A stretch of DNA of 64,000 bases from an uncultured Candidatus Competibacteraceae bacterium (GCA_964597315.1 CAZQXD010000018.1:1678-65677), one strand, 5' to 3'. Shown: positions 39,659 through 50,887, numbered from the stretch's first letter. Made by a program: numbers and translations. Notes: a model not told the origin generated them from the letters alone.

Positions 39659-40261
39659 TCAGTGAGCGGGGTCTCGATGGAAAACTTCCACCAGGGCCGG
39701 TGGCAGGTTGCCCCAGATGAGCTTGGCGAAGATACGTCGGAAATGGGGAGGCAGGCGGTCGGAAGTGCCTCTCAGATTATAGGTGTACTGGATCAACAGG
39801 CCATGATCCCCCAGCAGGGCGTCGAACTGCTCGCCGATGGCCTGGGTGATGGCGGGTTTCAGGGAGCGCAGAGGCAGGCTGGAGACCACGCCGCGCACCG
39901 GCCGGTCGATGGCCTCCAGAATGTCCCCCAGAACAGCGGCGTCTCCCTGGATGATCCGCAGGTGCGGAAACCGCTTGCATAAATGACCGGCCAGTGCCGG
40001 GGACCGCTCCACCACCACCAGATCCCTGGCGGGGATACCCCGTTTGATTAGGGCATCGGTAACCACCCCGGTGCCTGCGCCCACCTCCACCACCAGCCCT
40101 TCCCGGTCCAGAGGCACCTGCCGGGCCATATGCTGGGCCAGTAGCGTGGAGCTAGGACAGGCCGCTCCCACGGAACGGGGGTCTAGGCACAGCTCCCGGG
40201 TAAACAAGGCCAGCGGTGAGTTGCTGGCTTCCCGCACCAGTTTTTTCACGAAGAGTTGCAT
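39659..40261 (-). CDS. Class I SAM-dependent methyltransferase (phospholipid N-methyltransferase-like)
   Basis: SAM motif I is [16 protein letters not shown]. Start at MQLFVKKL (40261) inside track ORF 39659..40423. The stop lies 1 nt before the purC start. Confidence 0.68.
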   Translation of the reverse strand: MQLFVKKLVREASNSPLALFTRELCLDPRSVGAACPSSTLLAQHMARQVPLDREGLVVEVGAGTGVVTDALIKRGIPARDLVVVERSPALAGHLCKRFPHLRIIQGDAAVLGDILEAIDRPVRGVVSSLPLRSLKPAITQAIGEQFDALLGDHGLLIQYTYNLRGTSDRLPPHFRRIFAKLIWGNLPPALVEVFHRDPAH

Positions 40262-40372
40262 AGGGTTCCTGGGGGGTGTCAAAAAAATTCGCTTATCATA
40301 GCCTTGCACCGGCTTGGGTAAAAGCATAGCGGCGCTTTTTCCGAACGATAGCTCGTTGAGGATGCTAACAAC

Positions 40373-41035
40373 ATGAATTTTCCCGTCGGCCTGCTTCCCT
40401 CCGCCGTCCATTGGGTCGCCCATCTGGGTTGGCTACTGGTCCTGGCCGTGGCTATCCGGTACGCGCCCTGGCGGCGCTTCGTCGAGAGCCGCCATCAGCA
40501 TGTGTTCCTAGGAGCGATGGTGGCCCTATTGTTACTCTGGCGTTTCGATGCCAGCGTTACCCCCGGGCTGGGATTTCATTTTCTGGGGCTGACGGTGTTC
40601 ACCCTGATGTTCGGCTGGTCCCTGGGGGTGGTGGGCAGCGGTTTGGTGATGCTGGGTTCCACTTTGGCCCAGGGCGGCGGGCTTGAAACCCTATCTTTGA
40701 ACGCCCTGGTGCTGGGGGTGCTGCCGGTGACGGTGAGCTACGGTTTCTATTATGCGGTACAGCGCTGGCTGCCCCATCACGTCTTTATTTACATCTTTCT
40801 GGATGCCTTTCTGGGGGCTATCGTGGCCGCTGGGGTCACGGTGCTGGCTCTGGTCTGGGTGCTGGTGGCCACTGATACCTATGGCTGGTCGCGCATCGCC
40901 CAGGAATACCTGCCTTTTCTGCCCTTGTATCTGTTTCCCGAGGGTCTGCTCAACGGCATGCTGGCCACGGTATTCGTGGGTCTGCGCCCGGAGTGGCTGG
41001 CCACTTTCGACGACGATTCCTATCTCAAACCCTAA
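40373..41035 (+). CDS. Polytopic inner-membrane protein (6-7 TM; CbiM/ECF-permease-like, uncertain)
   Basis: 220 aa and highly hydrophobic. The family call is tentative. Confidence 0.55.
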   Translation: MNFPVGLLPSAVHWVAHLGWLLVLAVAIRYAPWRRFVESRHQHVFLGAMVALLLLWRFDASVTPGLGFHFLGLTVFTLMFGWSLGVVGSGLVMLGSTLAQGGGLETLSLNALVLGVLPVTVSYGFYYAVQRWLPHHVFIYIFLDAFLGAIVAAGVTVLALVWVLVATDTYGWSRIAQEYLPFLPLYLFPEGLLNGMLATVFVGLRPEWLATFDDDSYLKP

Positions 41036-41159
41036 AACAGCCTGCTTGATTCGGATCAAGGCTCACGAAGATGGATTTCGGCTAGACTGTATACGCCGTG
41101 TATCCCGGGGCTGGTCGTTCCCCCGTTTTCCGGCACAACCCACGCATTGGAGTCAGCTC

Positions 41160-41465
41160 ATGAGAAGAACGCTGGTGATATTGATGGCGCTGGGCATCGG
41201 CGCCGCCGCCCATGGGGCCGATCCAGAGGCCGGTAAGGCCGCGTCCGCCACCTGCACGGCCTGCCATGGCGCCAACGGGGTCAGCAACAACCCCCTGTGG
41301 CCCAATCTGGCCGGTCAGAAAGATCAATACCTGATCAAGCAGATGAAGGCTTTCAAGTCCGGTGAACGCAAAGACCCGCTGATGAGTCCCATGGCCGCCC
41401 CCCTGTCCGACGCGGACATCGAAAATCTGGCTGCTTATTACAGCAGTCTGCCCGCCGGCGGCTAA
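41160..41465 (+). CDS. Monoheme class I c-type cytochrome
   Basis: Signal peptide [19 protein letters not shown]. Heme motif CTACHG. Met ligand region [13 protein letters not shown] lies before the ATG at 41160. Confidence 0.85.
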   Translation: MRRTLVILMALGIGAAAHGADPEAGKAASATCTACHGANGVSNNPLWPNLAGQKDQYLIKQMKAFKSGERKDPLMSPMAAPLSDADIENLAAYYSSLPAGG

Positions 41466-41475
41466 GTCTGCCTTG

Positions 41476-41505
41476 GCCCGGCCACCCTCTGGCCGGGCAT
41501 TTCTC
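41476..41505 (+). terminator. Terminator hairpin after the cytochrome c gene
   Basis: Stem gcccggcca/tggccgggc with a 5-nt loop, followed by aTTTcTc. Confidence 0.55.
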
Positions 41506-41594
41506 AAAACCATGGTTTGAATCCCCCATCCGCCCCAAATGGTATGCTTGCCTTTTATTGTCAGCCGGTCGGTGGGCCGCGGGAGTGACACGAC

Positions 41595-42404
41595 GTGAAC
41601 TGGTGGGGAAAACTACTGGGCGGTGTGGTGGGCCTGACCTTGGGCGGCCCTCTGGGGGCGCTGCTAGGGGTGGCCATCGGCCATGCCATGGTGGACCGAA
41701 AGCCCCGGTTGACCGGTCCCGAGACCCTGGACCCCGGCGCTCGGGAGCGGGTGCAGGCGGCGTTTTTCACGGCCACTTTTTCGGTGATGGGACACCTGGC
41801 CAAGGCCGATGGCCGAGTCTCGGAACGGGAGATCGCCATGGCTCGGGCGGTCATGGCCCGGATGCAACTAAACCCCGAACAAAAGCAGGCCGCCATTGCC
41901 CTGTTTCGCCAGGGCAAAGCGCCGGACTTCGACCTGGAAGCTGTGTTGACCCAGTTTCACTGGGAGTGTCGGGATCGGCCCGAATTGCTGCGCATGTTCA
42001 TCGAAATTCAGCTCAACGCCGCCTATGCCGACGGGACGATGCACGACCAGGAACGGGAGCTATTGTTGCGGATCTGCGACCGTTTGGGAGTGGCGCGGTT
42101 TCAGTTCCAGATTCTCGATGCCCTGTTCCAGGCTCAGCAGCGGTTCGCCGGGACGGGGAGCGGTGGGGCAGGGCCACGCCCGGCCCAAGAGCCGAGCCTG
42201 GAGGACGCCTACCGAGTGCTGGGGGTGGAGTCCTCGGCCAGCGACGCCGAGGTCACCCGAGCGTACCGGCGGTTACTCAGCCAGCACCACCCGGACAAGC
42301 TGGTGGCCCAGGGTCTACCCGAAGAGATGATGAAGCTAGCCACCGAAAAAACCCGGGAGATCAAGTCCGCCTATGAGCAAGTCAAGGCGGCGCGGGGGCT
42401 GTAA
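41595..42404 (+). CDS. djlA: Co-chaperone DjlA
   Basis: N-terminal TM helix MNWWGKLLGGVVGLTLGGPLGALLGVAIG, a TerB-like middle region and a C-terminal J domain (...AYRVLGV...AYRRLLSQHHPDKL...). GTG start. Confidence 0.85.
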   Translation: MNWWGKLLGGVVGLTLGGPLGALLGVAIGHAMVDRKPRLTGPETLDPGARERVQAAFFTATFSVMGHLAKADGRVSEREIAMARAVMARMQLNPEQKQAAIALFRQGKAPDFDLEAVLTQFHWECRDRPELLRMFIEIQLNAAYADGTMHDQERELLLRICDRLGVARFQFQILDALFQAQQRFAGTGSGGAGPRPAQEPSLEDAYRVLGVESSASDAEVTRAYRRLLSQHHPDKLVAQGLPEEMMKLATEKTREIKSAYEQVKAARGL

Positions 42405-42580
42405 GGGGAGGGCGGGACAGCCTGACCCGGGGCGCTTTCGTGGCGCCCGGCGCTGATCGAGCCGATCCGGCGGATACGGGCAAAACGGTGTCTAATTACC
42501 GCGTAATCAGGTAAATTCCTCCTCTTCAAATCGGTTGAGCGCCCGACCGCTCGGGGGCGTATGGCAAGGGGTTTTGACCT

Positions 42581-43255
42581 ATGGTGGATTACCGGATCGC
42601 GCCGTCCATCCTGTCGGCGGACTTCGCCCGCCTAGGCGAAGAAGTCGATAAGGTGCTGGCCGCCGGCGCGGACATCGTCCACTTCGATGTGATGGACAAC
42701 CATTATGTGCCCAATTTGACCATCGGCCCGCTGGTCTGCGAGGCTCTGCGCAAGCACGGCATCAGCGCGCCCATTGACGTACACCTGATGGTCAAGCCGG
42801 TGGACCGTATCATCCCCGATTTTGCCGCCGCTGGCGCCACCTATATCACTTTTCACCCCGAGGCCAGCGACCATATCGACCGCAGTCTGCAACTGATCCG
42901 CGAACAGGGCTGCAAGTCAGGCTTGGTGTTCAATCCCGCCACCCCTCTGGACTGCCTGCGCTACGTCATGGACAAAGTGGACATGGTGCTGCTGATGTCC
43001 GTCAATCCCGGTTTCGGGGGCCAGAAATTCATCCCCGCCACCCTGGACAAACTGTGCGAGGCGCGCCGGTTGATCGACGCCAGCGGCCATTCTATTCGCC
43101 TGGAGATCGACGGCGGTGTGAAGGTGGACAACATCCGGGAGATCGCCCAGGCCGGCGCCGATACCTTCGTGGCCGGCTCGGCCATCTTCAATACCCCTGA
43201 CTACCGGGCCACCATCGCCGCCATGCGCGCCGAATTGGCCCAAGTGGAACGCTGA
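42581..43255 (+). CDS. rpe: Ribulose-phosphate 3-epimerase
   Basis: [17 protein letters not shown]...[21 protein letters not shown]... is canonical Rpe. Confidence 0.95.
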   Translation: MVDYRIAPSILSADFARLGEEVDKVLAAGADIVHFDVMDNHYVPNLTIGPLVCEALRKHGISAPIDVHLMVKPVDRIIPDFAAAGATYITFHPEASDHIDRSLQLIREQGCKSGLVFNPATPLDCLRYVMDKVDMVLLMSVNPGFGGQKFIPATLDKLCEARRLIDASGHSIRLEIDGGVKVDNIREIAQAGADTFVAGSAIFNTPDYRATIAAMRAELAQVER

Positions 43256-43932
43256 TGTTCCAGGGTGTCGAGGCGGTGTTTTTCGATCTGGACGGCACCC
43301 TGGTGGACAGCGTGCCGGACCTGGCGGTGGCGGTGGACACCATGCTGACCCAACTGGGCCTGCCCCCCCGGGGCGAGGCCAAGGTGCGGACCTGGGTAGG
43401 CAACGGGGCGCGGCTGCTGATCCGCCGGGCCTTGGCCGACCATATGGCCGGAGAGGCGCCGGACGACCTCTATCAGCGGGCCTGGCCCCTGTACCGAGCC
43501 GCCTATCTGGACCACATCTGCGTCGCTTCCCGGCTCTACCCAGGGGTGGTCGAGGGGCTGGAACAGCTACGGCGCGGGCGCTTCAGGATGGCCTGCATCA
43601 CCAACAAGGGCGCTGAGTTCACCCTGCCCCTGGTGGAACGGTTGGGTCTCATGGGATACTTTGATACCGTGGTGGGTGGAGAGTGCGCCCCCAACCGCAA
43701 ACCCGCTCCCGACGCCCTGCTGCTGGCCGGCCAGCGGCTGGGTCTGTCCATGGACCGGGTGCTGATGGTGGGGGACTCCATGAACGACGTGGGCGCCGCC
43801 CGCAACGCCGGTTGTCCGGTGGTGGCGGTGCCTTATGGCTATAATCACGGCCAGGATATCCGCGAGGCCCGGCCCGATGCGGTGGTGGAGACCATCGCCG
43901 AACTGCCCGCGCTGCTAAAGAAGGCTGTCTGA
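43255..43932 (+). CDS. gph: Phosphoglycolate phosphatase (HAD family)
   Basis: HAD motif I is VFFDLDGTLVDS and motif IV is MVGDSMNDVGAARNAG. It sits in the conserved rpe-gph-trpE position. Confidence 0.9.
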   Translation: MFQGVEAVFFDLDGTLVDSVPDLAVAVDTMLTQLGLPPRGEAKVRTWVGNGARLLIRRALADHMAGEAPDDLYQRAWPLYRAAYLDHICVASRLYPGVVEGLEQLRRGRFRMACITNKGAEFTLPLVERLGLMGYFDTVVGGECAPNRKPAPDALLLAGQRLGLSMDRVLMVGDSMNDVGAARNAGCPVVAVPYGYNHGQDIREARPDAVVETIAELPALLKKAV

Positions 43933-44064
43933 ATGGACCTGACGATCACTTCCAGACTGTTTCCGGGACGCATAGGCCCGGGTTGCCGATGGCGTCCCTA
44001 GCCCGACCGCAACCCGTGGGTCCGACCATTCATTCGTTTTGGAACATTGCGAAGGCGTCAGCAT

Positions 44065-45602
44065 ATGAAACCCGAACAATTCGCCAGCCTGGCCGAGCAG
44101 GGCTATAACCGCATTCCCGTATTCCGGGAGGTCTTGGCTGACCTGGACACCCCCCTGAGTACCTATCTGAAACTGGCCGACGGTCCCTATTCCTATCTGC
44201 TGGAATCGGTGCAGGGAGGGGAGAAGTGGGGCCGCTACTCCATCATCGGCCTGCCCTGCCGTAAGGTGTTGCGGGTGCGCGGCCACCACATCACCCTGGA
44301 GAATGCCGGGGAGATTGTCGAGCGCGTTACCGTGGCCGATCCCCTGGCCTGGATCGAAGCCTTCCAGGCCCGCTACAAAGTGCCCGTGGCCGGGGAGGGC
44401 CTGCCCCGCTTCATCGGCGGCCTGGTGGGCTATTTCGGCTACGACACCATCCGCTATATCGAGCCGCGTCTGGCCCATTGCCCCAACCCCGACCCCCTGG
44501 GCACCCCGGACATCCTGCTGCTGGTCTCCGAAGACGTAGTGGTGTTCGACAATCTGGCCGGCAAGCTGCACATCATCACCCTGGTGGACCCGGCCCTGGA
44601 ACGGGCCTACGATAAGGCCCAGGCCCGCCTGGAAGGGATCGTAGAACGCCTGCGAGGCGCCCGGCCCGAATACCGCCACAGCCATGGTCGGGAGCGGGTA
44701 GGGGAGGAGGACTTCGGCTCCAGCTTCAGCCGCGAGGGCTACGAGGCGGCGGTGGAGCGGATCAAGCACTATATCGTCGAAGGGGACTGCATGCAGGTGG
44801 TGCCCTCCCAGCGCATGTCCATCCCCTTTCAGGCCGCCCCCCTGGACTTGTACCGGGCCTTGCGCAGTCTCAACCCCTCTCCTTATATGTATTTCTTCCA
44901 TCTGGAGGATTTCCATATCGTCGGCTCCTCCCCTGAGATCCTGGCCCGGCTAGAGGACGGCACGGTCACCGTGCGACCCATCGCCGGCACCCGGCCCCGG
45001 GGGGCCACCGAGGCCGAGGACCAGGCCCTGGAGCAGGACCTGCTGGCCGATCCCAAGGAACTGGCCGAGCATCTGATGCTCATCGACCTAGGCCGCAACG
45101 ATGTGGGCCGGGTGGCCCAGACCGGCAGCGTCCGGCTCACCGAAAAAATGGTGGTGGAGCGCTATTCCCATGTCATGCATATCGTCTCCAACGTCACCGG
45201 CCGGCTCAAGCCTGTTAAACTGTCGCATGTCAAGCCATACTTGCGACTGAAGAATCCGGGCTCAAGCCGGGGCTGACCGCCATCGAGGTGCTGCGGGCCG
45301 CCCTGCCCGCCGGCACCCTCTCCGGGGCGCCCAAGATCCGGGCTATGGAAATCATCGACGAGCTGGAGCCGGTCAAGCGGGGTGTTTACGGGGGCGCGGT
45401 GGGCTATCTGTCCTGGTCGGGCAATATGGACACCGCCATCGCCATCCGCACCGCCGTCATCAAGGACAACACCCTGTATATCCAGGCCGGGGGCGGCATC
45501 GTCGCCGACTCGGTGCCAGCCACCGAATGGGAGGAGACCCTCAACAAGCGTCGCGCCATGTTCCGGGCCGTGGCCATGGCCGAGCGGGGGGTGGATCGAT
45601 GA
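44065..45602 (+). pseudogene. trpE: Anthranilate synthase component I with its reading frame interrupted by a 56-nt insertion
   Basis: Frame A (track 44047..45276) reads ...[19 protein letters not shown], then an aberrant tail [20 protein letters not shown]. Frame B resumes ...[50 protein letters not shown]... through to 45602. Deleting 56 nt gives a continuous TrpE of about 493 aa. Confidence 0.85.
45213..45268 (+). other. 56-nt insertion in trpE: a 46-nt AT-richer core plus the second copy of the 10-nt direct repeat GGCTCAAGCC
   Basis: The direct repeats are at 45203-45212 and 45259-45268. The core is TGTTAAACTGTCGCATGTCAAGCCATACTTGCGACTGAAGAATCCG (21/46 GC) and contains the inverted repeat GTCGCA-N14-TGCGAC. 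Confidence 0.85.
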
Positions 45603-45630
45603 ATACCTTATTGACCGACAGGGGTGCGCC

Positions 45631-46209
45631 ATGCTGCTGATGATCGATAACTACGACTCCTTCACCTATAACCTGGTCCAGTACCTGGGGGAACTCAAGG
45701 CCGAGGTGGCGGTGTACCGCAACGACTGCATCGGCCTGGAGGAGATGGAGGCCCTGCACCCGGAGCGGATCGTCATTTCCCCCGGGCCGTGCACCCCCAA
45801 CGAGGCGGGTATCTCGGTGGAGTCCATCAACCACTTCGCCGGCCGGGTGCCGATCCTGGGGGTCTGCCTCGGGCACCAGAGCATCGGCCAGGCTTTCGGT
45901 GGGCGGATCGTTCACGCCCGGGAGATCATGCACGGCAAGACCTCCCTGATCCACCATAAGAATAGTGGCGTGTTCCAGGGCCTGCCCAATCCCTTCCAGG
46001 CCACCCGCTACCATTCCCTGGTCATCGACAAGCACAGCTTGCCGGACTGTCTGGAGGTCACCGCCTGGACCGAGACCCCGGCGGGAGAACTGGACGAGAT
46101 CATGGGGGTGCGCCATCGGGAGCTGGCCGTGGAGGGGGTGCAGTTCCATCCCGAGTCCATACTCACCCCTCAAGGTCACGATCTGTTGGCCAATTTTTTA
46201 AACTCATAA
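45631..46209 (+). CDS. trpG: Anthranilate synthase component II (glutamine amidotransferase)
   Basis: [23 protein letters not shown]...[15 protein letters not shown]...VQFHPES is a class I GATase triad protein. Confidence 0.95.
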   Translation: MLLMIDNYDSFTYNLVQYLGELKAEVAVYRNDCIGLEEMEALHPERIVISPGPCTPNEAGISVESINHFAGRVPILGVCLGHQSIGQAFGGRIVHAREIMHGKTSLIHHKNSGVFQGLPNPFQATRYHSLVIDKHSLPDCLEVTAWTETPAGELDEIMGVRHRELAVEGVQFHPESILTPQGHDLLANFLNS

Positions 46210-46232
46210 CAAGCCATCCGGGGAGAGCTACC

Positions 46233-47249
46233 GTGGATATGCAAACAGCCATCCGTGCGGTCACCGAGGGCCGCGACCTGTCGGCTGCGGACATGACCGA
46301 GGTGATGCGCGCCATCATGACCGGCAACGCCACCCCAGCCCAGATCGGCGGCTTTCTGGTGGGGCTGCGGATCAAGGGCGAGACCGTGGAAGAAATCGCC
46401 GCCGCCGCCAAAGTGATGCGCGAACTGGCCACCCGGGTAAACATCACCAGCCCCCATCTGGTGGATACCTGTGGCACCGGTGGGGACGCCGCCGGCACCT
46501 TCAACATCTCCACTGCCAGCGCTATCGCCGCCGCCGCCGGCGGAGCCAAGGTAGCCAAGCACGGCAACCGCGCCGTGTCCGGCAAAACTGGCAGCGCCGA
46601 CGTGCTGGAGGCCGCCGGGGTGAAGCTGGACCTAGCCCCGGAGCGGATTGGCGCCTGCATCGAGGAGGTGGGGGTGGGGTTTCTGTTCGCCCCCCTGCAC
46701 CACGGCGCCATGCGCCACGCCATCGGCCCGCGCCGGGAGATGGGGGTACGCACAATCTTTAATGTGCTGGGGCCGCTCACCAACCCCGCTGGAGCGCCCA
46801 ACCAGGTGATGGGGGTATTCGCCGCCGCCTGGGTGGAGCCTCTGGCCCAGGTGCTGGGCCGACTGGGCAGTCGCCATGTGCTGGTGGTCCATTCCGAAGA
46901 CGGTTTGGACGAGATCAGCATCCAGGCCCCCACCCGGGTGGCGGAACTCAAGGACAGGGAGGTGCGAAACTATTTCATCACCCCCGAGGATTTCGGCATC
47001 CAGCGCCACCCTCTGGAGACCATCAAAGTAGCCGACACCGCCCAGAGCCTGGCCATGATCCGCGAAGCCCTGAGCGGTCGGCCCGGTCCGGCCCAGGATA
47101 TCGTGGCCCTCAATGCCGGGGCCGCCCTGTATGTGGCTGGGCTGGCTGACACCCTGGCCGCGGGCGTGGAACTGGCCCAGGTCCGCATCGCCGACGGTTC
47201 GGCGGCACGGGTATTGGAGCGGTTGGCAGCCTTCTCCCAACAGGCGTGA
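46233..47249 (+). CDS. trpD: Anthranilate phosphoribosyltransferase
   Basis: ...[20 protein letters not shown]...[19 protein letters not shown]... The start is GTG at 46233 or ATG at 46239. Confidence 0.94.
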   Translation: MDMQTAIRAVTEGRDLSAADMTEVMRAIMTGNATPAQIGGFLVGLRIKGETVEEIAAAAKVMRELATRVNITSPHLVDTCGTGGDAAGTFNISTASAIAAAAGGAKVAKHGNRAVSGKTGSADVLEAAGVKLDLAPERIGACIEEVGVGFLFAPLHHGAMRHAIGPRREMGVRTIFNVLGPLTNPAGAPNQVMGVFAAAWVEPLAQVLGRLGSRHVLVVHSEDGLDEISIQAPTRVAELKDREVRNYFITPEDFGIQRHPLETIKVADTAQSLAMIREALSGRPGPAQDIVALNAGAALYVAGLADTLAAGVELAQVRIADGSAARVLERLAAFSQQA

Positions 47250-47253
47250 CACC

Positions 47254-48063
47254 ATGGCCGACACCCCTGATATCCTCAAAACAATCCTGACCCGCAAGGC
47301 CCAGGAGATCGTCGAGCGCAGTCAACGCCTAGGCATCCGCGAACTGGCCGCTCGGGTCCAGGACCTACCCGCCCCTCGGGGCTTCGTGGCTGGCCTCCAA
47401 GCCCGGGTCACGGCGGGCCGACCAGCAGTGATCGCCGAGATCAAGCGGGCCTCCCCTAGCAAGGGTTTGTTGCGCGACCCCTTCGAGCCGGCGGCCATCG
47501 CCCAGGGCTATGCCGCCCACGGCGCCGCCTGCCTGTCGGTGCTCACCGACCGGGAGTTCTTTCAGGGGGACGATGAACACCTGCGCCAGGCCCGGGACGC
47601 CTGCCCGCTGCCGGTGCTGCGCAAGGATTTCACCATCGATCCCTACCAGCTCTACGAGGCTCGGGTGCTGGGGGCCGACTGCATCCTGCTGATCGTGGCC
47701 GCCCTGGGGGACGCCATGCTGGCGGAACTCCACGGTCTGGCCCGGCATCTGGAACTGGACGTGCTGGTGGAAGTCCATGACCGGGAGGAACTGGAACGGG
47801 CCTTGGTCCTGGACCTGCCCCTGGTGGGCATCAACAACCGAAACCTGCGGACTTTCGAGACCCATCTGGACACCACCCTGGAATTATTGAACGCCATCCC
47901 TGGGGATTGCCTAGTGGTCACCGAAAGCGGCATTCACGCCACCGAGGATGTGGCTCTGATGCGCGGCCATGGGGTCCACGCGTTTTTGGTGGGGGAGGCG
48001 TTCATGCGCGCCCCGGCCCCGGGCGAAAAATTGGCCGAGTTGTTTGCCGATCTCACAAGCTAG
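47254..48063 (+). CDS. trpC: Indole-3-glycerol phosphate synthase
   Basis: [19 protein letters not shown]...[14 protein letters not shown]...LSVLTD..FFQG...LRKDF... Start ATG at 47254 inside track ORF 47113..48063. Confidence 0.94.
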   Translation: MADTPDILKTILTRKAQEIVERSQRLGIRELAARVQDLPAPRGFVAGLQARVTAGRPAVIAEIKRASPSKGLLRDPFEPAAIAQGYAAHGAACLSVLTDREFFQGDDEHLRQARDACPLPVLRKDFTIDPYQLYEARVLGADCILLIVAALGDAMLAELHGLARHLELDVLVEVHDREELERALVLDLPLVGINNRNLRTFETHLDTTLELLNAIPGDCLVVTESGIHATEDVALMRGHGVHAFLVGEAFMRAPAPGEKLAELFADLTS

Positions 48064-48074
48064 GAACAAGTACT

Positions 48075-48506
48075 ATGAAAGCACGGGTAAAATGGGTGGA
48101 GGGGATGACCTACCTGGCCGAGTCCGACAGCGGACACGCTCTGGTGATGGATGGCGCCCCGGAACTGGGTGGTCGCAATCTGGGGCCGCGGCCTATGGAA
48201 ATGCTGCTGCTGGGCATGGGCGGCTGCACCGCCATCGACGTGATCCATATCCTCAAAAAAGCCCGCCAGGAGGTCAGCGACTGCGTGGTGGAGCTGGACG
48301 CCGAGCGGGCCGAGACCGAACCCAAGGTGTTCACCCGCATTCGGGTGCATTTCGTGATCAGCGGCCGGGGGCTGAGTGAAAAACAGGTGGATCGGGCTGT
48401 GACTTTGTCCGCCGAGAAATACTGCTCGGCCTCCATCATGTTGGGCAAGTCCGCCGAGATTTCTCACACTTTCGAGATTCGCGAGGCCGATTCTCAAACC
48501 CAGTAA
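48075..48506 (+). CDS. OsmC family protein
   Basis: ...[24 protein letters not shown]...[10 protein letters not shown]... shows the two conserved Cys of the OsmC/Ohr fold. Confidence 0.82.
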   Translation: MKARVKWVEGMTYLAESDSGHALVMDGAPELGGRNLGPRPMEMLLLGMGGCTAIDVIHILKKARQEVSDCVVELDAERAETEPKVFTRIRVHFVISGRGLSEKQVDRAVTLSAEKYCSASIMLGKSAEISHTFEIREADSQTQ

Positions 48507-49132
48507 GTGGTCCGGGTCATCACCTGGGAAGCCGCCCGCATCGCCAGCCGCACCGGCAGGGGCAGCCTGGCGCCCCCGGCCTCCAGGGCGTGGGTGGCGT
48601 GGCGGGCCTCGTCTTCCTTCATCTGCGCCAGAATGGAACGGCTCTTGTGGTCTGTATCCGGCAGCCGCCGCAAATGCCCCTCCAAGTGGTTGACCACCTG
48701 CTGTTCGGTCTCCGCCACGAAGCCCAGGCTCCAGCGGTCTCCAGCCTTGCCGGCCACAGCGCCAATGGTAAAAGCGCCGACATAGAACAAAGGGTTGAGT
48801 AGGCTGGTGCGCTGGCCCAGCTCCTGGACCCGCTGCTCACACCAGACCAGGTGGTCGTTCTCCTCGGCGGCGGCCTGCTCCATGCGCTGGCGCACCCCAT
48901 TCAGCCGGGCGGTGAGGGCCTGGCCCTGATAAAGAGCCTGGGCGCAGACCTCGCCCGTATGATTGACCCGCATCAGCCGCGCCGAGCGTCGGCTTTCCTC
49001 GTCGGACAGTTCCGCTGGCTGCTCCGCTGGATGGGGCCGCCCGGTGTCGGCCGGTTGCCCGAACACGGTGCGGACCATCTGATCAAGATTGATCAGCAAG
49101 CGGTCGGCGGGCGAATAGCGGCGTGTGTTCAT
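48494..49132 (-). CDS. coq7: Demethoxyubiquinone hydroxylase (Coq7 family di-iron monooxygenase)
   Basis: ...[23 protein letters not shown]...[12 protein letters not shown]...[14 protein letters not shown]...EDEARHA... are the di-iron EXXH motifs. Start at MNTRRY (49132) after GGAGA. Confidence 0.85.
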   Translation of the reverse strand: MNTRRYSPADRLLINLDQMVRTVFGQPADTGRPHPAEQPAELSDEESRRSARLMRVNHTGEVCAQALYQGQALTARLNGVRQRMEQAAAEENDHLVWCEQRVQELGQRTSLLNPLFYVGAFTIGAVAGKAGDRWSLGFVAETEQQVVNHLEGHLRRLPDTDHKSRSILAQMKEDEARHATHALEAGGARLPLPVRLAMRAASQVMTRTTYWV

Positions 49133-49350
49133 GAAATCTCCTCTGGCATCGACCGCTATAGGCGCGGCCATAGTCTTGTAAAACCGGCGGCGCTTAGGTA
49201 CCATCGCGCTCTTTCCAAGAGTTTGGGTCGCCTCGCGAACGCGTGGCGCTGCCCGTAAAGCCGATGGAAGCCTAGCAAAGCGCTCATTGGGCAGGCCAGT
49301 ATTTCAGGCTTTCCCCGGTGGGGGAAGTTCCAGATCAGCAAGGTATTGTG

Positions 49351-49779
49351 ATGAAAACGTTCAGCGCAAAGCCGGCCGAGGTCAAACGTGATTGGTACCT
49401 GGTCGACGCCACAGACAAAACTTTGGGGCGCCTGGCCACCGAAATCGCGCGCCGCCTGCGGGGCAAGCACAAAGCCGTCTACACTCCCCATGTGGACACC
49501 GGCGATTATATCGTGGTGGTCAATGCCGAGAAGATCCGGGTCACCGGCAATAAACTGACCGACAAGGTCTATTACCGGCACACCGGCTATATCGGCCATA
49601 TGAAATCCATCACCCTTGAGAAACTGCTCCAGCAAGCCCCCACCCAGGTGCTGGAAACGGCGGTCAAGGGCATGATGCCCAAGAACCCCTTGGGCCGGGC
49701 CATGTTTCGCAAGCTTAAGGTGTTCGCCGGACCCGACCATAAGCACATCGCCCAGCAACCCCAACCGCTGGAACTGTAA
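49351..49779 (+). CDS. rplM: 50S ribosomal protein L13
   Basis: [61 protein letters not shown]... Confidence 0.97.
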   Translation: MKTFSAKPAEVKRDWYLVDATDKTLGRLATEIARRLRGKHKAVYTPHVDTGDYIVVVNAEKIRVTGNKLTDKVYYRHTGYIGHMKSITLEKLLQQAPTQVLETAVKGMMPKNPLGRAMFRKLKVFAGPDHKHIAQQPQPLEL

Positions 49780-49809
49780 GCCGGCTCCACACGACAGGCA
49801 CGAGCAACC

Positions 49810-50202
49810 ATGGCAGAGACACAGTATTACGGTACCGGTCGGCGCAAGACCTCAACAGCGCGGGTATTCCTGCGCCCCGGTGCGGGCAACATTAAAATCA
49901 ACGGCAAGACCCTGGAGCAGTATTTCGGGCGTGAAACCTCCCGCATGGTGGTGCATCAGGCTCTGGATGCGGTTGACATGGGTGACAAGTTCGATCTATA
50001 TGTGACCGTCAAGGGCGGTGGCAACACCGGTCAGGCTGGCGCCATCCGCCACGGCATCACCCGGGCATTGATGACCTACGACGAAAGCCTACGCGGCCCC
50101 TTGCGCAAAGCCGGTTTCGTCACCCGTGACGCCCGCGCGGTGGAACGCAAGAAAGTTGGCCTGCGCAAAGCCCGCCGCGCCACCCAGTACTCCAAGCGGT
50201 AA
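49810..50202 (+). CDS. rpsI: 30S ribosomal protein S9
   Basis: ...[24 protein letters not shown]...[18 protein letters not shown]. Confidence 0.97.
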   Translation: MAETQYYGTGRRKTSTARVFLRPGAGNIKINGKTLEQYFGRETSRMVVHQALDAVDMGDKFDLYVTVKGGGNTGQAGAIRHGITRALMTYDESLRGPLRKAGFVTRDARAVERKKVGLRKARRATQYSKR

Positions 50203-50211
50203 CGGTTTTCC

Positions 50212-50285
50212 TGGGGGATCGTCTAGCGGTAGGACTACGGACTCTGACTCCGTCAACCCAGGTTCGAATCCTGGTCCCCCAGCCA
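50212..50285 (+). tRNA. tRNA-Gln (anticodon CUG), CCA encoded
   Basis: Hand-folded cloverleaf: acceptor TGGGGGA/TCCCCCA, D arm GTCT-AGCGGTA-GGAC, anticodon arm ACGGA-CTCTGAC-TCCGT, T arm CCAGG-TTCGAAT-CCTGG, then GCCA. Confidence 0.88.
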
Positions 50286-50295
50286 TTACTAAGCA

Positions 50296-50326
50296 AAGGG
50301 TTACATCGAAAGATGTAGCCCTTTTT
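50296..50326 (+). terminator. Rho-independent terminator after tRNA-Gln
   Basis: 12-bp stem aagggttacatc/gatgtagccctt (one G-U pair) with a GAAA loop, running into TTTTT. Confidence 0.75.
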
Positions 50327-50737
50327 ACTTTCAGGATCACAGCCTTCCGAAGTTGGGCGGCAGCCATAGTCTGGGGCCACGCCCATGAAGCCCTGGATGG
50401 GGATTAGAGTGTTGTCCATGTCGTAGATAGCCGTGGGTGGTCCATGAATATTGTTCGGAGGCGGTGGCATGCCCCTCCCTGGGGGTGGGTGTGGGTTACC
50501 GAGCAAGACGTCAAACCCGGCGCGGTGGGCAGTTTAGTTAGGCGACGTGTGGAGGCAGGCCCCTCTCGCGGCGCAGGCGGGCGTTCTCGGCCTCCAGGCC
50601 CACACCTTTCGGCCTTGGCCGCCACCACTCAGCTGGACAAGGCGCCTTTGGGAATCTCAAGTCGATGGGTCGCTTCGCCCTAGGTTCTGTTGACATTGCC
50701 AGGCTCCCTCTGTACTTGCAGAGGTTTTTTGAGGTGA

Positions 50738-50887
50738 GCCGGGGATAGCGGTGCCCAGTGGCGTCTGTTGCCGACCGCTTTGGGGAACTGGAACAGTGTG
50801 TTCAAGCACTTCTCGCGCTGGAGCGCGTATGGCGTCTGGGCGAGCTTGTACCGCTTCGTTGCCGCCGATCCGTCAACTATTATTTAA
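50738..50887 (+). pseudogene. N-terminal fragment of an IS5/IS4-group transposase (DUF4096-type)
   Basis: The translation between stops gives [49 protein letters not shown]. This matches the conserved '..G.PWRDLP.RFG.W.SV..RF.RW...GVW' motif. No DDE domain follows. Confidence 0.55.

Noticed and set aside
43933-44064. A possible trp leader peptide or attenuator upstream of trpE.
   Set aside because: There is no short ORF with tandem Trp codons, and no alternative terminator/antiterminator hairpins followed by a U-tract in the 130-bp gap.
45219-45276. Simple programmed -1 frameshifting as the rescue mechanism for trpE.
   Set aside because: The -1 frame is open from 45219 onward, but I found no X_XXY_YYZ slippery heptamer or downstream pseudoknot-like structure. 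The product would also carry a foreign insertion of about 18 aa in the chorismate-binding domain.
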